A stretch of DNA of 39,037 nt from Asterionella formosa (Eukaryota), in contig NKIB01014991.1 of NCBI GenBank assembly GCA_002256025.1, positions 1 through 39,037 of the forward strand, written 5' to 3'. The translations under genes and the position numbers were made by a program. Below are positions 12,143-24,830 of this stretch, in pieces (within the stretch, counting starts at the first letter, position 1; every line of letters begins with the position of its first letter). The notes beneath the pieces are model-generated. The model was not told the origin of the DNA and made no database searches. It saw only the letters and a list, made by a program, of their open reading frames with translations.

Positions 12143-15101
12143 TTCTAGAATAGCCGGTTTCCTTTTTCCTTTTCGTGTTATTATCAGGTTGGAGTGCAAG
12201 GGAACCTGTTACTTGTCACCAGGTACCAACCGTGACAATCGCTCTGTCTCAAGCTGTTCGGGTAGTATATTTAGTACTTTTTATGGAGCAGTCTGGAGTA
12301 TAAATATGTATCGGTATTTGATACAAACATACCTCCGTTGCACTGAGTACTAAAGTAGACCAATGTATAGAGTATACCGGTAGTCAACCTGTTCATTTTT
12401 GCGTAAAAACAAGACCTAAAAAAATTTAATTTATCATTACATTTATGTCCCCAAACACTTGAAAATAGACTCTTCCAATTTTAGGACCAATGTCATGATA
12501 GGCTACATAAATTTGTACGGTTAATAAATATGCAGCAATTTTTGGTCCTCAACGAAAGCGACGCTTCTCGTATGCTATTGGTAGTTGGTACGAATGCTGA
12601 GTCACAATAGAACGCACCGAATACGATTTTTTGCTCGTAAGGAACAATAGAATGGGACCGAAAATTCGTTTCGTTCCATACATAAGGTTGATAATTTCGG
12701 TGACCAAAAAAACCATACTATTTAGGTCGGCCATTACTTTGTACATACATACATGTATAAATTAAAAAAAAATTACATAAAAGGATCGAAATGATCCTAC
12801 TGAAAGGCCTAAATACTGGTATGCTGTTTCCGATTAGGCTCATCATCATCCGATTTCTATATTCATGTCTTGTTTAAGGATTTTCTTACCCGATATGACG
12901 TTGTTAGTACCTGGCGTCACAAAGGGATCGACCAATTTACTTTTTAATACTCGGAGTACAAAGAAGGAGTCCTATTCTTCTGAGTCACGATTGGGAACCC
13001 AGCAACCTATTAATATTTCGTATGTACATATCGATCTGAACATTTATGACCAGAATCTAACCACACCCATGAGCTCAGCATACGGAATTTCTCAAAATAT
13101 GACAAATGCCATTGAAGGTACCTGGTACCACCGGTACGTAAGCAAGTTCTCCAAAAATGGACTGCTACATATGGTGACCTCGTGAATAGCCTACCGGTAG
13201 GTACCGGTACCGTTGCTCGGTAGTCAACTTCAGGCAATTCACGCATTTCTTCTTTCTGATGAACTGAATGTACGACAAATATTACGACTAAAAATTACTT
13301 CTGACACCTCATACAAGTGATTTCATCCTTTGGTTCACGTTTGAAAGACTCTGACTTCAAAAGCTCCTTGCAGTATGTATGGCTGTTCTCCATTCTTTGA
13401 TAACTAAATAAGCCTGTTGGGGAATAGCTAGCATCATGCAGCCACTTGGCTGTAGTCGTAATAATGAGTATGGCATGCTCAATTACATCACTAATATCAG
13501 CTAGCTACTACTACAAACTAGTTTTCAACAGGGCTGGTGCATTTGACATCCTACATATTTTCACCAAGCATTGTTGGTAGGCAGTAGGAAACTTTTGACA
13601 AAAGTCACAAATACCAACAAGGGCATTGCAGCAAAAATGGTTCCTCATACTGAAAGGAAAATCCAGCTAAATCTCTTCTTTACAACTTCATGCATGAAGT
13701 TGATATCATTAAGCTTACATTATGATTTTGAAATCCTCGAAAACTGCACCTGCTGCTGCATTACTCAGAATGAAAAGGCAGCCCAACTCCTTATAAAACA
13801 GTAGTATATCTTTCATGAGAAGCAGGCTTTAAACAGCACAGCAAAAAAGGAGATTCAAAGCATATTCAGTTACGATAACGATTATGACTTTCAATCAAAG
13901 CCAAAAAAAGAACATGTTATTACTACCAAAACTTTTGCAATATATTTTACTGTGTAAAATTTCCTATATAGTACTAGCTGTTCCTTTGGTTCCAGTTCTC
14001 GCATTATCATTTTTATTTTTTGAAGTTGGAACATACATATTATGCCTTTGTTGATCTATTGTTTGGCAAGAAGGGAAAGTATTGAATGCATGTGGACTGA
14101 TACACAAAAGAAGTACATTCAAGTTTCATTTGTGCACATTGTAGTGTTGGTCCTTCTGGTCCTTGCTGGGTTAGATGCGATGCAAAACCCAGCTTCATTG
14201 ATGACTCAAATGAAGCCAGTTCAAACAAGCAATGATGAACATGTGGTACCCCCTATCATGCCTACTGGACTAGCTAGTAGCGTATGGACATGTACATATA
14301 GCAACGAAAGCAGGGACCACATTAAACACTCGGCTTGCAGCAAAGTACATGAATGTTTGCAAATGAAAAGGATACCATGTGATTTCTTTCAGTAAAATCA
14401 TAGTAGACAGCTGCTTGACACAGACACAGACATCTGGGCCTAATATAGCCATGGGAGAGTTGAATTACAAAATATGATAGGGATTGCTTTTGAGGAGGAC
14501 TGCTGTGATTATCTTAGTCATTAATTCCCTTTGGTCGTTTGGAATCAAATAAGAAACATACAGGTCTTCACGCCACCTTGGAATATTTTTAGCATTGAAT
14601 TGCATGTAGGGATCCTCTGCAGCAGCTATTTCAGAATGCTTATTCGCAATTTGATTGTGAAGGAGATATTCCTATTACATAAGTAGGCGAGTACCAAGAT
14701 CACTTAGGGTATTGCTTCTTGTCAACCTATTGGCCCAATTCCAAGACATGAAATTTTTCTAATCAGATTGGATGACAAATACATGAAATGTCTTTTATTT
14801 TGTTTGAAATGGAACTTTATCAATCTAGCGCCAATTACTGTTCAATTTTTATTTTCAAATGGACCCTAAAATCATGGGAACTCACAGAAACAATAAATTT
14901 CCTGTTCCCTGCTAGTGAGATGTTTTACTCCAAATGATTGTGATGAATGTATCAACTAGTTGATAAAGGAGTTGAATAGTATTAATTCTTGAATTTGCAG
15001 TCAGGGTAGAAATTGATGAGGAATTTCCTGCCAACAACTGTGAATTATTGAGTGTCATAGCAGGTAATTGCACTAGTGAATTAGTTGCCTTTCCGCCTAA
15101 T

Positions 15102-15353
15102 TTAGCTTCTGCAAATGGTAGTGGACCATAGGTTTGCTTGCTTTGTTAGCCAAGTCAGTGTAGCCACCTTAGATGCAACAATATTTGATATTTCACCATA
15201 AGGCAGTTTGCCATTGTTATTTGCCTTTAAAATTTCTAATTCCATAAGTATATTATTTAAAGTAAATGACACTGCAGTCTTAACCAAAGAATTAGGAATC
15301 TCCTTGTACTTTTTGGATGGTTGAGGCTGTTTTCTTGCTGTAGGTTCCATCAT
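15102..15353 (-). pseudogene. Possible N-terminal remnant of a DNA-transposon protein
   Basis: Short ORF (NNGKLPYGEISNIV...WLTK) inside a ~3.8 kb AT-rich, gene-free spacer; reminiscent of N-termini of diatom DDE transposases. No catalytic domain could be read. Confidence 0.25.
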
Positions 15354-15841
15354 TGTTGATAATTTGATTGTAGTTTGCTTGCTTCATTTTGTGGTGTGTC
15401 AGAAGCAATTTCTGATGTGAATTAAGATCTCTGACATGTAAAGCGGTGTGTCAGTAGCACTTTTTGGTCCCTGACATATGGTGCGACTTTTTGGCCTTCA
15501 AGAAATATCATACTTATTTACCAAGAGTGGCTAATTTATTCATTTTTTGGTATGGTACATTGTCCATGGCGGTTACACGCAACGGAATATATATTAGATA
15601 TAAAGTTTTCTTCACAAATGTTTATGTGTATTTCCGAGAGATGCCGGCTCAGTCATGGTATTATATTTTTTCCACTTTTGGCCCGATCGCTACCGGTACT
15701 TTCCGACACATATACTTATCTAATATTACAAGACCGCCTACCGGTAATTAATCGACAACAAGATACCAGTATGTTGTATCCGGCGCTACATCACGAACAA
15801 CTTTGTCGCACCTGGTACCAGGTACTAAAAATAATTGTCGT

Positions 15842-15861
15842 GGTACCTGGTACCAGGTACC
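15842..15861. repeat. Perfect 20-bp palindrome of the (TACC[W]GG)n micro-repeat family
   Basis: GGTACCTGGTACCAGGTACC is its own reverse complement; further tracts at 15810-15825 and 15888-15899. Confidence 0.9.
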
Positions 15862-15975
15862 TTGAAAATTAGAAAGAGTCTATGTATGGTACCTGGTACA
15901 CACTTGGAAAAAATATAAATATCATAACAACCTTTAGCGATGATATGTGAGACGTGGAAAAGATCAAAATAAGAA

Positions 15976-17452
15976 ATGCCGCACATACCCGTTAAGCAAT
16001 CTACCATTATCGATCTGAATAGTGCAAAGACTCAAGTCATGCAATTCATTCCAGGAAACCGGCAGATGACAGATAGCAAATGGAGCGATGAAGTCTTTAA
16101 GCGAACCTTGCTGAGGAGTTCAAATACAGATGAAACCTCGTATTACAATGACGGCTATGTGTTTGACAACACCAGCCGCACCTACATTGACATGTGCGCG
16201 GAATGCCAGGACCAGCCAGTTATGATGGTCGCCTTGAGATGGGCGAAACTCCTTATATTGAAAGTAGGACGCATGTACTATGGAGCACCATTGTGTCTCA
16301 TGCTGCTTCCCCTGCTCGTGGGGACGTTTGTGGGGTACAGGATGGGAACCCGAGCAACCCCTACGACCACACGAAAGCCTAGTGGTGTGTCCTCCATCAT
16401 GGCAAGTCTATGGAGATCTGCCGTTCTCATTTTGCAGGACCTACCTTTGGCCACCTTTTGGCTGTCATTCCAAACGACCTTTGGCTCACAAGTCTTGGCG
16501 GAAAAGGAAGACATTACTAGGAAGACCCTCAGAAGTGATGTGCACACACATAGAGAAAGTGGGGTCCCTCTGGAGAAGGTTCCTCGGCATGTGGCTGTCA
16601 TTATGGATGGGAATCGACGTTATGGACGAAGTAAGTATGGAAATGCGACGCAGGTAAGTATTGCAATTGGATACGGATCAGTCAATGCTGCGAAACATGC
16701 TTTGGATGTTACCAAACCTAACCCTTTATTGACAGGGACACTGGGATGGAAGTAAAACTCTGGTAGATTTTTCCAAGTGGTGTATCGCGGAAGGTGTTCA
16801 AATTTTAAGCGTTTATGCGTTTTCGACAGAGAATTGGCACCGTGATCCAGTCGAAGTGGCCTCCTTGATGGCATTGTTCTGCAAGTACTGTGATGAATTA
16901 AGAAGCGAAGCCATTGATAGAAATATTAGAATACGTGTATTGTCGACCGAGACGGAAAGAGTGAGTCGTCCACGTGTGCTTATGGCGTTGTTTGTAGGAT
17001 GCTTGATGAAACTGCTAACATTCCACACAATAATTACCTGGCGCAACTTATAGATACCTGCTTCCGTCAAAGCAGGATTGGCACGAATGGAAAGAGAAAC
17101 TGCGCACTGTGAGGGAGGCCTGACTTTGAACATTTGTTTAAGTTATGGCAGTCGCGGCGAAATTGTAAAAGCCTGTCAACAAATGGCCACAGAAGTAAAA
17201 CACGGCATTCTTGAAGTAAATCAGATAGATGATCTTGCAATGAGTAGTAGACTCTTGACAACGCACTGTCCTGATCCTGATGTTGTGATTCGAACATCTG
17301 GGGAATACAGATTAAGTAACTTCTTGTTGTGGCAACTAGCCTACGCAGAATTGTTTTTCCTGCAAAAGACATGGCCCGAGTTGGAAAAGGGTGATTTAAT
17401 TGAAGTCATACGAGACTATGCAGAAGGACGAAGTAGGCGCTTTGGAAAGTAG
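15976..17452 (+). CDS. cis-prenyltransferase (UPPS / dehydrodolichyl-diphosphate synthase family), 3 exons
   Basis: Exons 15976-16653, 16736-16960, 17054-17452; introns 16654-16735 and 16961-17053 (GT-AG, phase 0). Motifs PRHVAVIMDGNRRY, GHWDG, YAFSTENWHR, LSYGSRGEI, PDVVIRTSGEYRLSNFLLWQ, C-terminal RRFGK. The true start may be 16039 or 16066. Confidence 0.92.
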
Positions 17453-18033
17453 AAAACTGCCAGCCAACTAGCCATTCCTAATGTTCTTACTCAATAAATC
17501 ACTTGACTAGAAATAGGGATATGACTTATCCCCCTTACCAGTTTATCTAAAGCAACTCTACCATTTTCGACACAATGCATACTTTTTTAATGCTTTATGT
17601 GGGCATCATTTAGTTTCAACTCTTCAACAAATGGGAAAGTCGACGATGTCAGCAATTCTGTTGTTTTCCGTCTTGGAGTGAAAGCCTGTGCGTTGAACAA
17701 TTAACAGAAGAGAACATGCTTCAAAAAGAGAATGATGCCTTGGTTTTGATGGTCATGAACGAGTACAGCTACACAGAAGAGAATCGTCTTAGACTTGCAG
17801 TGCACGACGAAGACGGAATCTTCGAAAGAATCGTTTTTTAGGCAGGAACTACATTCCTCCAAACAAGGGTGTGTCGAAGAATTCATGAGAATGCCTTCAT
17901 TGAATGATGAAGTACTTTTGCTTTGATGAACCCGTCATACTAACCCCCGAGTTGAGACAGATGACTTATCGCATAGTTTTCATCTTTCCGTTGTCGCAAA
18001 AGTCAAGTTCTCACATGTGAAACCCACATGAAG

Positions 18034-19770
18034 TTATTGCTCATCATACGCTGTTATCGCGCAATTAAAAAACTTAGGTCGACCATGAGGAGTGCGAACC
18101 AAAGTAACATTCATTCGAAGCTGTAATTTAAAAATGAGAAAATGAACAGTAACGCGACGGTGCAAGTCACAAATTTACATCAATGAACGTACCTTGAAAT
18201 CCTTTAGTCTGCTTTGAGATATACGACCGCTCCAAAAATCGCCAGATTTTTGATTAAGAGGTGCTGGGTATGTATCGTTTGCCTGCGGTAGCAACGGACA
18301 TTTCAACATTTGGCTCATTGCCTTAAACACTTGTGCCATAGTTTCGCGATCTAACAGATTAAATAGTGATAAGTTCCGAATTGGCTCATCCACTTTTGGG
18401 GAATCATCTCCGGTCATCGAAGATCCACAGTCGGACCCACTCGGCTCAGTACATGACAGAATAGTGTCAGCAATAGGTTCATGTTTCTTCGAAAAGCTGG
18501 GCAAGAGCTCTTTGCGGCTGTACCCCGTCAGGCGCTCAAACTCCGGATTGCAATCAATGAACCTCCCATCGATACTTGCGATCGCGAGAGCCATTCCGCA
18601 GTGTTGGAAGACTGCCTGGTAGTCAAGTCCACGAACAAAGACACCGATTTCACCTTCAAGAACTGGCCCTGAAGTGACAGGATCGCTCAGTAAGTCAGTA
18701 CCGATAGCAATCCCACCGTTCGCATCAGTCCGGTAGTGCGCACTGTTTACCAGCTCGTTTGTCTTGGTGATAGTATCAAGAAGTTTTTTGTGTCCTTCAT
18801 CCAAAGCAGCTGATCGTGCCTGCAATTCGGTGATGTAGTCCACCACACTGACCAAAGTAGAGTATTTGTCAGGCTTAAAATGGACATTGGCAGACACCAA
18901 GAGGTCTCGAAGCTGACTTATCTGCTCTGTAATTCGCTGTGACCGTTGCTGCTCGCGCTGATTTCGTCCCATTCTTCTGACTTTGCCTTCCCCCTCGTCT
19001 TCCGAGACAGCTGAGGCAAGATCTGGCAATGGTGCGGGAACTTGAGAATCAGAAGCTCCTCCGCTGGCTCGCTTCCTCTTTGACGACTGTGGAGGAGGAA
19101 GGTTCGCGCCGGATCTTGCAGCTGAGCCCGTGCCAGCCTCTATCAGTGTTCCTTGTTGTAATACCATCGGGACCTGAGGGACGACAGGATATTGAGGGGC
19201 AGCCGCAGTCGCCGTCATGGGGAAGTTGAGCCTTTCCGTTAATGGTGAAGGTGCTGTACAGTTCCCTTGTTTGTTCATTGTATGGGGTGGAAACATCGAA
19301 GCAAGCTGATCTTGAGTTTGCCCAGTTGGGAAGAAGGGTTGAGTTGGGATACTTGCAACTTGAACGATAGCGCGTTGCATCATCATCTGCCTTTGCTGGT
19401 TTTCTGGATTGACAGGAATTTGAACAGGCTCTGTATTGTATCGATATTGAGCCTGTTGGGAAGGAAGAGAAGGCAGAAGAGTAGTGGTAGAAGTTGACGA
19501 GAAACGCGACGAAGAATCTAATGAACTCATCACGGAGGACTGCACAGCCGAGTCGGTACTTCCGTCCGTAGAATCTACGAACCCAACGACTCCCTCATTT
19601 TCAAGTAACGCGTCCAGTGACGCATTGAATGCCATGTCATCCATCGTTGCAATGTCGCTCGCCGTACTATTCGACGTTTCATTCATGTTGACCTTCATCG
19701 ATTGATCAAAGTCTATGCGTAGATGAGTGGATGATGGTTGCGGTTCGCCGCTTATCATTCCTTTATTCAT
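18034..19770 (-). CDS. bHLH-PAS transcription factor, RITMO1/bHLH1a-bHLH1b type, paralog A (2 exons, ~554 aa)
   Basis: bHLH RRMGRNQREQQRSQRITEQISQLRDLL...KPDKYSTLVSVVDYI; single PAS GLDYQAVF..CGMALAIASIDGRFIDCNPEFERLTGY. Intron 18192-18121; last exon 18120-18034 reads LRMNVTLVRTPHGRPKFFNCAITAYDEQ*. Confidence 0.9.
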
Positions 19771-19835
19771 GGTTACTTTGCTGCTGTGTTGGGTATGTTT
19801 TGAGATAATTTTGTAAAAAATCAACTACCGGTACT

Positions 19836-19841
19836 CACGTG
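19836..19841. promoter_or_regulatory. E-box (CACGTG) about 65 bp upstream of bHLH-PAS paralog A
   Basis: Exact CACGTG. A single hexamer can occur by chance. Confidence 0.3.
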
Positions 19842-20130
19842 CAAAAACTTGAGAAGTGCAATTCGCTACATAGATGCAGCTTGGTTCAATTGCCAGATGA
19901 TATGAACCAATCAGAGTCGAGTGGTTTGAAAAATTGCAGAAGGCTTGGTTCATAAAAGCATGATCCGCTCTGACACATTCGCTAATATCCTCGCAACTGC
20001 AACAATTCTCCAACCCCTAACCTTATCCATTTTGTTTGATGTTTGATTTCTTGTATTCCTGCGCGCGGCGGTCCTGATGTCTGTTTAACTTTTCTTTCGA
20101 ATTCCACACCATCATTGGGCAAGTACCCCG

Positions 20131-20150
20131 GGTACCAGGTACCTGGTACC
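20131..20150. repeat. Perfect 20-bp palindrome of the (TACC[W]GG)n family
   Basis: GGTACCAGGTACCTGGTACC is self-complementary. Confidence 0.9.
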
Positions 20151-20439
20151 GTGCCAGGTGCTCATTTTATTTTAAAACGTAGGCATGTTTTGTCGTAACT
20201 TTCTATGTCCATGGTGTCCCAGGCATGTTTGTCAACGATGCAACCCGTACACACTGCACTAGGGGTGCTAAAATCTTCAGGTTCCTTAATTTGAACCCCT
20301 AGGTCAAGGTAGGGCTTAAAACATTATATTGATTCAGAATAATCAAGCATACACTTCTCATGTCTACACAAAATAAGTATATTGCTACTTGTAGCTTTCA
20401 CCTTTGGACACCCTTTCCATATGTTAAGGTTCACTCTTT

Positions 20440-23180
20440 CATCTAAGCCATGTATTACGTGAAGTGACCATCATGTAAATAAGCCTAGCTAGTTGATTTT
20501 GAATGGATCACATGAATTAGTTGAATTGATCAAAATGCTTACGTGAATATATCTATATATTATCTCAATACATCATGTTAATTATTTGATCAGAGTATCA
20601 TGCATGGTGCATTCATGATCATAACTATATTACGTCATCACCTTCACATCAAAATTATTTAAAATACTTCACGTAATTATTTGAAATCTTCAATTAGTCT
20701 AATTCTGTAATTTAGTTCACATTTCCATTACAAAATTTTTTTTCACGTAATTCTATAATTTTGGTCACATAATGTATTAAATTTGTTTACGTAATTTAAA
20801 AGTACAATCAAATAATGTTGATTACTAATTCAACTACTGGTATTTCACATGACAGCATGGGAAACAAATCTCGATATGCAATCAAACTAAGCAGTTCTTT
20901 CAGAATGGCATCTTCATTCTTGAGAAAGCAGGCATTATGAGATGTCTGTAAGGACAATGCAAGACAAACAGAAGCCATTCATTCTGAATGAAAAAATTAT
21001 TGTACGAAGTTGCAACATGAATGCATCACACACTGGCTTGTTCCTTCTTGTCCTTGAAATGACTTCGTCATTGACCTGCAAAGTTTTACATAACAACAGT
21101 GTGTCAGTAATTCATATGATAGAACTAGCAACAGCAGAAAGCAACAAACAGAAGTGGTAGTATTCAACTGTTTCTCGGGGCAGTCGAATTGAAACAACAA
21201 ACTGGCTGGTATCAGCCAGGCAGCACCACAACTCACTGATGCGTTCAAAAGAATGCTCCTGATGTGAAATGGACGGCTAAAATGTAAAATAAATGAAGAC
21301 AACAATAACAGAACCATGTGATTTATCGCTCGCTTTGCTGATACAATGACAAAAACTGAAGATTGAGCTTACCTTAAAGGCCTCCATTGCGGGTCTCCAT
21401 TTTGCATCATTTCACCCTCTATCACTTATGCTTTCCAAAAAAGAACACCCCTCTGAAAAGGCCTTTTCAAATTTCAAATGAATGTTGAAAACAACAGCAC
21501 ATCAGAATGAGTTATCCCTGGCTTGGTGATGTGATAGCAAAAATAGCAAAATAATAAATCTTACCTTAAAAGCATCGATTGCTTACGATCTCAATGTCGC
21601 AGCCATCATTCCACCTTCTGTTGTTGGAACAAACAATATGTGAGTTCTTGGCTGATGAAGGATTTGTTAATGGTGAGGCGCTGAAAATCTGGAAGGGGGA
21701 TGCTAGTTGTAAGAATCATCCCCATGTTGACATATTGTGTACAGTGGTGCTGGTTAAATGTTGTCTTTATGAATTCAGAGGGTCAAAAATCCTGGCGCAG
21801 CCATGACTTCATCTTCTTTGTACCAACAGAACCTACAATCTACACGAAAAAATCTGGCGCAGTCTTGCTAACAATTTCGTCGAGACAAATTTCTGAGGCT
21901 ACAATTGTGACTTGAACAAATATAACAAGAGGGATAGGACACAGCCAATAGTTACTCCTAATTGCACATGCACTGGATGATCTACCATCAGCCTCGTCCC
22001 ACTATAGTAAAAAATACGCCTGGATTTTATTTTGAAAACAATCAATTAATGAGTTAACCACCAATTCACTCGCATGATGAAACTTTAATCTGTTGTGTCT
22101 TCCTCAATTATGTGTGATTTGTACATTCAGAGCATTATAGCAAGAACTGCGTGGCAACCCATTGGTCCCATGCTTGCTCCGCCTAAAAAGAGCTCTTGGA
22201 TCCCTCAAGTGTCATTGACTCCATATGATGTTTTTCTCCTTCTCAGTTCATCTTCTAGAATGGCTTCTGTTATTGAAATCACTCCATCTGGCCCTGGTCG
22301 GTTTCCAGTCAAATACAGTTTGGTCACAGTGATAATTAATCTACCAATCGTGAGTACGGATGGAGTATTTGAGGTTAAAAAGCGCCAAGAGGTTAGAACA
22401 ACTGAGCCACGACACAGCGCAAGACAACAAAAACACGCACTCGGGGTGCTTGTGCCAGTACTTAACTTGGTTAGCTATCGTCGCATGAGTGCTGAGTGCT
22501 TCTGATAAGCGCTGAAGGACAATCTCTTGAGGCGGCGTTGCTTTGGCGTAGTGGTGCGACTTCAATTTGCAAATTTTACATGGACAATGCGAACTTACTT
22601 CAGCCTACAGCGGCGATGTTTATGGTTGCGTCAATTTGATGCATGAGGATGGCGAAAACTCTTTTCACAGTCATTTCTTGGCCGATTCATACCTTCTTGG
22701 CATATTTACCATACATTACTTGAGTTGTCTTTCGCAATGATTTATCCTTTAAAAACAATTTTATCTTGAACTTTTAAAATATGTAGTTGTAACATCAACT
22801 AGTTTTGTATTGTAAACCACTTTATGATTCTAAACCATCACATGAAAACCTCGAAGAGAAGTCTTGTTCACTATAATAGTTCATATTATTTGCGTGAAGT
22901 GCACAAATATAAACTGTAGATTGTCCATGCATGAAATAAGACACCACAAATATCCTTAATATTTCACAAAAAAGATGCATGTAGTAAATGAATTAGCCAC
23001 GAGAGCAGGATATTAGTTGAACTTTGAAATGAATTATTTGAAACATCAACTAATTCAGTCTCGAGTTCAAAGTTCATTGTGAAAACTTCACATGAAACCG
23101 TTAAAAGTAAACTTTTTTATGGGAAGAGTGGCATTAATTCATGTCAAGTACCCTATCATTAACACTCCTACGTAAATGAA
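20440..23180. mobile_element. Possible decayed DNA transposon with motif-rich AT-rich ends
   Basis: Both ends (20440-20850, 22830-23180) are AT-rich and carry repeated TTCACGTAAT / TCACATG-like motifs. The interior has broken reading frames. Boundaries and class not resolved. Confidence 0.3.
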
Positions 23181-23928
23181 ATTTCGAAATTTGGCGTATT
23201 TCGTGGCAAAGATGTTGGTCGAAGTGGGGGAGGGGGGGGGATATAGGCAGGCCCACTCTATATAATGTCAAGATAAAGCATCTGGCAAGAAACTTCAAAA
23301 AGGTAATTTGGGTTTTTAACTAAGCTGAAAATAGTGGATTTTACCAGGCCAAAAGGTTTAATAGGGCATAGTAAAAAACCAAGTTCATTTCTGCAGTTGC
23401 TCACCAAAAGTTAACTTCTGTGGCTATTTGAAGATTACCTATGTGTATAATACTTTTTCAAACTCAAACAACATTGAGCTATCATCGTACAAAAATTTGA
23501 TAAACTCGGTCTTTCCAATGGTCTCCAAAATATCAGAATCGCTACTCCCAAAAATGTCATCATTGGAACCACCAGATGACGAGGATCAATTGTTTTGTGA
23601 ATGGAAACCAAGACATGCTGCAACACCTTTTGATAAATGATTAGAGATACTCACTTATTGACAAGTGAATAATATTCTCTTTTATTTTCAAATTATGCAA
23701 TGTTAACTTATTGACAAATTAATATGCTTACAAGTAAAATATTTTATAAGTAATTAGGAAATAACAAGACTAGACTATTTCCAGATAGTTTACAATATTA
23801 CAAAGTATAAAGTGAAAATACATTTCAGCTTCAGTGATCTTACAAGCAATATCTGTGATATTCTCAACAAATAAAGCTAGACAATTGAACAAGTTTTAAA
23901 ATGAACCAACAGATCTAGAGACATTTTT

Positions 23929-24830
23929 ATGGCTGATGAGAAATCAGGTGAGACTGTTCGCTTGATCAATTTTGATGAAAGCAAGACTGCTTGGCATGAG
24001 TGGATTTTCAAGACTCTAGCTTGCGAAATCTAAAGGTGTTAGGAAGGTTTATGCAAAAGACACGAAGCCAATGAATGATTATGCTTATTTGGTGTTTACT
24101 GATGATGACGAGGAGAAGAATCATGAGTTAAATGACAAGGCATATCAGCTAATGATTCTTAGTGTCAGTGGATTGCATTTGGGATTGTGAATTCAGCTAA
24201 GACAAATGATATGATGGATGGAGATGCTTTTCTTGACTGGAGGATTGTCAATTCAGCTAACAGGCGAATTCAACAATTGTACTTTGGAGAATAACAAAGC
24301 ACACCCAGATGAATGGTTCATTGCTCTTGATAAATTCAGGAACATGATGCGTCAAATTGATACATCATTCGAAAACGAACAGAATGCGTCAAATTGATAC
24401 ATCATTCTAAAAAAAGGTTGACATCATTGCGCACATGATGAATGAGGTAACTAAAGACTACAGTGAATTCATTACTGACATTGAAGGAATGGATACTATT
24501 TTTTTCAGACTTGAAATCTTAACTTCGTGCATTCTACTAAAGGAATTTCAAGGAAGCAAATACCAACCAGATTGATTTGTTTGGAAATGTTAAATTCACG
24601 GGACTATGCAAGAATTTTGGAAAACAAGGACACAACCTCCCGATCCAAGAACAATTCAGCAAATAAAGAAACAACGAAAAGCAATGGTGGTGTAAGATGT
24701 TTCAATTGCAACAAGTACTCTGGACAAATTGCTAAAGATTAACCTAAAGAAAAGAAAGCGAAAGAAACTGGCATGTTTGTTGGTGCTGTTAAAACTATCG
24801 AAATTTACCCTGATAAACAGATATGTGTTG
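23929..24830 (+). mobile_element. Degenerate Ty1/Copia (CoDi-like) gag remnant
   Basis: Fragments read MADEKS..INFD..WHEW..K, NDKAYQLMILSVSG, FGIVNSAKT..DGDAFL.W, PDEWF, IIAH and a decayed zinc knuckle CFNCNKYSGQIAKD (24698-24740). Multiple stops and frameshifts; no pol or LTR identified. Confidence 0.75.

Noticed and set aside
12375..14450. Short ORFs and possible MITE fragments
   Set aside because: No matching TIR pair or coding signature found.
15842..15861. Cloning polylinker or vector contamination (KpnI/AgeI/SexAI sites)
   Set aside because: The motifs are scattered in many degenerate variants through native intergenic DNA and inside a MITE, unlike a polylinker.
20012..20028. Telomere-like AACCCCTAACCTTA
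   Set aside because: Only about two degenerate units; expected by chance.
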